This document shows, one piece after another, positions 52,042 through 64,000 of a stretch of DNA of 64,000 nt. Every line of letters begins with the position of its first letter. Position 1 is the first letter of the stretch. Source of the stretch: the human T2T-CHM13v2.0 reference genome, Homo sapiens; assembly GCF_009914755.1 (NCBI RefSeq), contig NC_060946.1. The stretch is one strand, 5' to 3'. The notes beneath the pieces were generated by a model, which saw nothing but the letters and a program-made list of their open reading frames with translations, had not been told where the DNA came from and ran no database searches. A program made the position numbers and the translations under genes.

Positions 52042-52521
52042 TCCCATCCAAGTACTAACCAGGCCAGACCCTGCTTAGCTTCTGAGATCAGACGAGATTG
52101 GGCGTGTTCAGGGTGGTATGTGAAAGATTCTCCCCGGGGCCTGAAAGTTTGGGGGGATGAATAACTCCTCCCTTCTCAGGCCCAGTCCCAAGGCACAAGA
52201 CCACTTGTGCTAGCAGCGTGTGTCAGCAAGATAGCAGAAGCAGGAAGAGAGCTGGCCAGGAGACACGTACCCCTGAAGATCAAGAGAGAGGCCATCTGGG
52301 TACCATGTAGCAGTTACATCAGACTGGGACACTTCCTGTTTACAGGAGACTATAAAACCCCTGCCCCGTCCTCACCTGGGGCTGACGCCATTTTAGGCCT
52401 CAGCCCATCTGCACCCAGGTGCTCATTAAAACAGCGTGTTGCTCCACACTGCCTTGTGTTCTTTGTTGGCAAGCTCTCGGGGTTCGAACCAACACAAGAG
52501 CCTTACAGTATGGCCGCAGAT
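52042..52521 (-). pseudogene. 5S rRNA pseudogene (3'-truncated), split by a solo LTR
   Basis: 52042-52120 matches the reverse complement of 5S (TCCCATCCAAGTACTAACCAGG...CAGGGTGGTATG). The remaining 5' bases GCCGCAGAT follow the LTR at 52513-52521. Confidence 0.88.
52121..52507 (+). mobile_element. solo ERV1 LTR (MER48-like)
   Basis: TG...CA termini, perfect 5-bp TSD GTATG, internal TATAAAA and ATTAAA. Family name from memory. Confidence 0.8.
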
Positions 52522-52719
52522 GTTTCCCAACATTTCACAGAACCTGGTCAGAATAAAACATTCCATGGGGGTTCAGGTCATAAAAAAATACTGCCTAACC
52601 ACCTAACCACAGGAACATCTCTATTACATCCTGCTGGATGAAGGGCCCAAGGAACATCTTCAACATCCTGCAGGGGAGCAAGCTATACTGCCCCTTCTCC
52701 CCCGGTCCAGACCCATAAC

Positions 52720-53127
52720 TGACAGAGCAGGAGCACTGCCATCTTGAACAAATACCACCATTCTAAGTTCCCCTTTCATTAAAAGCCGCCTAAATCCAGC
52801 CCCAAAACATCAGCCTAATGGCTAATGTCAGCATAACCAGAAATATTCCAACCCTAAGATAAACCCCTCTGACCAGAAACATGCCAACCCCGAGACAGCC
52901 TCCCTTCCGACCAGAGACATTCCAACCCCGCAATAAACTTTCCCTCACACAGAAACATTCGGAACCTACGATAAGACCCCTTCCAAAACCCTTAAATATC
53001 CTTAGTCTGTAACAGAAGTTAGTCTGAGCTAACTCGGCCAGAAGCCCCTCTCAAGTTTATTTTCTAAAATAAACCTGTCCTTGTTGACTGCCCAGCCACC
53101 CTTCGTGTTGCTTTCCTCTTCCTTATA
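52720..53127 (+). mobile_element. solo ERV1 LTR (MER61-like) nested in an older LTR
   Basis: TGACAGAGCAGGAGCACTGCCATCTTG... is the reverse complement of the 32900-33315 element. Confidence 0.75.
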
Positions 53128-54289
53128 GTAAATGTCCCAGTCTGTAAGTGGGACTCGTGCTCTGAGACTAAGCTGGTCCCCCCTCCACAGGTTTGTGCTG
53201 GCAATAAACCTGTGTTGCTGTTAAGCTGCCAACTCTTTAACCCTCACCTTCCCTTCAAAACCTAACAAAGATTAATGAGGCATGAACATGAAGACAGAGG
53301 GTCAAACCCAAAGAGCAGATTCCGTGAGAAGTCTCCCTATTGACAAGGGTTACTAAGGATGGGGTCTTCTCTGGACCCCCTAGTCTTAGACTTAGTCCAC
53401 CACATCCAGAAGCCCTTGAAATAAGATTGCAGTGCTTCTGGCATAGCCAAAGACATAGACTTCTCTAAAAATCAGTGCCTAGCTCTCCCCAGGCTGGGCC
53501 CTAATTTTTAGTCCAAGCTGTATTATTTTGTAAATCTTCCTGCCATTTCATAGACCCTGGTCACAGTGAAACATTCTGCAGGGGTTTGGGCTGTAAGTAA
53601 CATCCTCCCCAACTGTCTAACTTCTTTATCACATCTTGTTGGGACAAAGGTTTAAGAAATATTTTTATTAACATCCTCTTGGGCAGTAAGTCCTACCATT
53701 CCAGACTCCTCATCCAGGCCTATAATGATTCCAGCCTGTAAGTGCTAGTGGGGCTTTGGCATTAAGTTGGTCCCCACCTCTGTAGGTTGTGTTAATAAAC
53801 CTGTGTTGTAGAGTGGTCAACTCTCTTGTCTTTAACCCTCGTCTTTTTTCAAAAACCTAACACTCATGTGTCCTCTCCCTCACCTTCTCCTGGCATCCCT
53901 TGCCACTGTCCCTCTGTCCCTCTTTCCCCTCCTTAACCCAAAGGGAAATCTCTCCCAAAGGTAAAAGTCTCCCAGGGGTTAAGAGGGAGCTTGAGGCACC
54001 AGAAAGAGCTATAGTCACAGCCACCTGTGAAAGCCATCTCTGAGGTCCCTTCCTGTCACAACAGCTGGGCTCCTGACTCAGACCAAGACAGCTTTTGTTT
54101 CTTTTCCTTTCTAGCCCCCCACTTCCCACCCACCTTTCTGCTTTCTCATATGGGCTCATTATGGTTTATAGGGCTGGGGAACGTTGCCTCTTCTGCCCTC
54201 CATTTCTCCCATCTCCCTTCTTTCCCCTCCACTTTTTCTGAGTCCACTTCTCTTCCCTTCTTCTTCCTTCCCTCTGGGACGCTGCACAG

Positions 54290-54830
54290 TTCCTTCCACC
54301 CGGCACGGCCTGGGACTCTAGACTCCCTCTGAAGGCACGGAAGTATTTCCTTCCCTCCCTCCGACCCGATCTTTCTGCCCTTGATTCAAAACAATCTGAG
54401 GTCCCTAGGCCCTTCCCTTTCCGCCTCTGCGCTCCCCATGGGGTCCGGTGTAGTTTTCCCGCCCCTTCCCTGCAGCTCCCGAGACCACCCGGACACAACG
54501 GAGCCATCCAGCGCCTCAGAGGCCCTGGGCACACGGGCAGATGGTCACCGCCTCCTAAGGGAGCAGCGCGCGCCCGTTGCTCGCTGCCCGTTGGTTGTTG
54601 CTGGTAGCTCCGGAGGGCGGGGTTGGCGAGGAAAGTGAGTCCGTATGTCCCCAGCATGCTCCGCGCGGGGGCGGGGCTCTAAGGGGGCAGGCGAAGGCGG
54701 AACTGGCGTGGTCAAACCAACCTATCAGCCTCCAGCATGCTCCGTGTGGGAGCGGGGTTCCCGGGGGCGGGGCTTGGTTTGTGTGCCCTTCCGGCGTTTC
54801 GCCCCTGCGTTCTCTGAGATGCTCCCACGC
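54290..54830. promoter_or_regulatory. orphan CpG-rich promoter-like region with GC boxes and MYB/RFX-like motifs
   Basis: CpG-dense unique sequence between repeats; GGGGCGGGG at about 54668 and 54764; CAACGG/CCGTTG x3. Confidence 0.65.
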
Positions 54831-55619
54831 AGATGTATGGGCCTAATTCGCTAATATCCACTCTATATCCTGTTCCATCCTCTTGTAATGGGCGTTTGGA
54901 GTGTTGCCAATTTTTTGCTGTTATAATGATTGTAATAGCATATTAAAAAACTTGAACATAGTTTGATTGTAATAACATTAAATATAGCATCTTAAACATA
55001 CAGTTTGAGCGTGCCAACCTGATGGGTGTGGAATGTAATATTCATTATAACTTTGATTTTCATTTCCCTACTTTGAGTAAGTTTGAACTTCTCTTTATGT
55101 AATATTGACTACTCTGTTTTCATGTTCTGAGAATTGCCTGTTTGTATTTTATGCCCATTTTTCTATTGGGTTGTGGTTTTTATTGATTGGTAGTTCTTTA
55201 TAATTTTATGGATACCAGTCTTTTACTAGTTCAGCGCATTAATTGCAAATATTTGCTCCCACTCTGTGGCTTGCTTCCTTTCCACCCCTAATTCCTAGGG
55301 TGTCTTTTTGAAGCACAAATCTAAAATTGTAACACAGGCGACTATCAATCTTTTCCTCTATGATTTGAGCATTTTGTGTTTTGCTTAAAAACTCAGCCCT
55401 TGTCCCAAGGTCATAGAGATATTCTCCCGTATTTTCTACTGATCCATCCCCCATATTTAGGTCTTTGGTCCATCTGTATTAATGTTTATGTGTAATATGA
55501 GATAGGGATCCTACTTTATCTGTATTGTGTTAACCAAAAAATGACTGAGACAGGTGTCTCAATCAATAAAGGTTAATTTAGCCAAAGTTTGAGGACATGC
55601 CTGGGAAAAACACAAGTCT

Positions 55620-58428
<2,809 letters not shown>

Positions 58429-58439
58429 TCAGACCTCAA

Positions 58440-60437
<1,998 letters not shown>

Positions 60438-60657
60438 TAGTACACTTTGTGTCCTCATTTTGTGTAACAGCAGCAATACCAGCTCCTTTGAGCAACTTCA
60501 GATGACTAAAAAACTTATTTGAACTCAGGAGCCTGAGAATTTCACTCCTCTAACTTTAGTAGCCTCACTGTTCCCTGTCAGCATGAAGTAGACAGAGAAG
60601 AATGACCTTCATCCCTAACCGCTCAAGAATGAGGGGTGGGGTGTTTCAAGGGGGATT

Positions 60658-61175
60658 TGTAACTGTGTCCAACCGAATCTGGCTCAGCTTTTCTGTGTGT
60701 GTGTGTGTGTGTGTGCGCGTGTGTGTGATGGGGTCTTGCTCTGTCAACCAGGCTGGAGTACAATGGTGTGATCACAGCTCACTGCAGCCTTGACCTTCCA
60801 GGCTGAAGTGATCCTCCCACCTTAACCTCCCAAGTAGCTGGGACTACATGTGTGTGTCACCATGACTAGCTAATTTTTAAAATTTTTTTGTAGAAATAGG
60901 CTTTTGCCATGTTGCCCAGGCTGGTCTTGAACTCCTGGGCTCAAGCAATCCTCCCATCTCAGCCTCCCAAAGTGCTGGGATTATAGGTGTGAGCCACGGT
61001 GCCCACTGTGGCTCAACTTTTATGTAACAAAGTCAAAGTTGTGAGTTTTTTTTCAGTTGCTGTGGATCCTCAGGTTGAAGGTCACTTACCCTGACTGTGC
61101 CCAGATGAACCAGGTATGCAGCTCACAACTTTGTTACATAAAAGTTGAACCAGATTGATCTGGTATGGTTATACA
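60658..61175. mobile_element. 3' LTR start after a purine-rich tract, with an Alu insert, abutting an inverted copy of the same LTR start
   Basis: TGTAAC...TGGCTCAACTTTTATGTAACAAAG on +; 61122-61175 is its reverse complement. Confidence 0.7.
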
Positions 61176-61179
61176 ACTA

Positions 61180-63880
<2,701 letters not shown>

Positions 63881-64000
63881 GAGAATTCTTTTTTTGGAGA
63901 GATGGGGGTCTCAGTATGTTGCCCAGGCTGGTCTTGAACTTCTGGCCTAGAGCAATCCTCCTGCCTCAGCCTCCCAATGTACTGGGATTACAGGCATGAG

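Larger units (their letters stand above)
51820..53862 (+). mobile_element. two older LTRs of one family (both ending ...AAACCTAACA, at 53267 and 53862); the first hosts the nested insertions
   Basis: Two similar 3' ends (AATAAACCTGTGTTG...TTTAACCCTC...CCTAACA). Family and left boundary uncertain. Confidence 0.55.

Overview
Primate (human-type) genomic DNA, recognisable as the 22q11.23 SLC2A11-MIF interval. It contains coding exons 2-12 of SLC2A11 (GLUT11, + strand; exon 1 lies upstream of the window) and the complete 3-exon MIF gene with its CpG-island promoter (CATT6 repeat, -173G allele). The rest is dense in Alu, L1, MaLR and ERV LTRs. Also present: a 7SL pseudogene split by an Alu, a 5S rRNA pseudogene split by a solo LTR, solo HML-2 (LTR5) and HML-3 (MER9) LTRs, and a decayed, rearranged ERV1 provirus (IN, EnvV-like env, RT/RNaseH) at the right end. 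The most notable unexplained signal is a chain of minus-strand exon-like segments (about 29.8-44 kb) with canonical splice sites, degenerate ankyrin-repeat motifs and an internally duplicated module. It flanks MIF on both sides, suggesting a decayed ankyrin-repeat gene with MIF nested antisense inside it, possibly driven from an orphan MYB/RFX-motif CpG island at 54.3-54.8 kb. That reading is inference and needs comparative searches. All repeat family names come from recalled consensus sequences, not from a database run.
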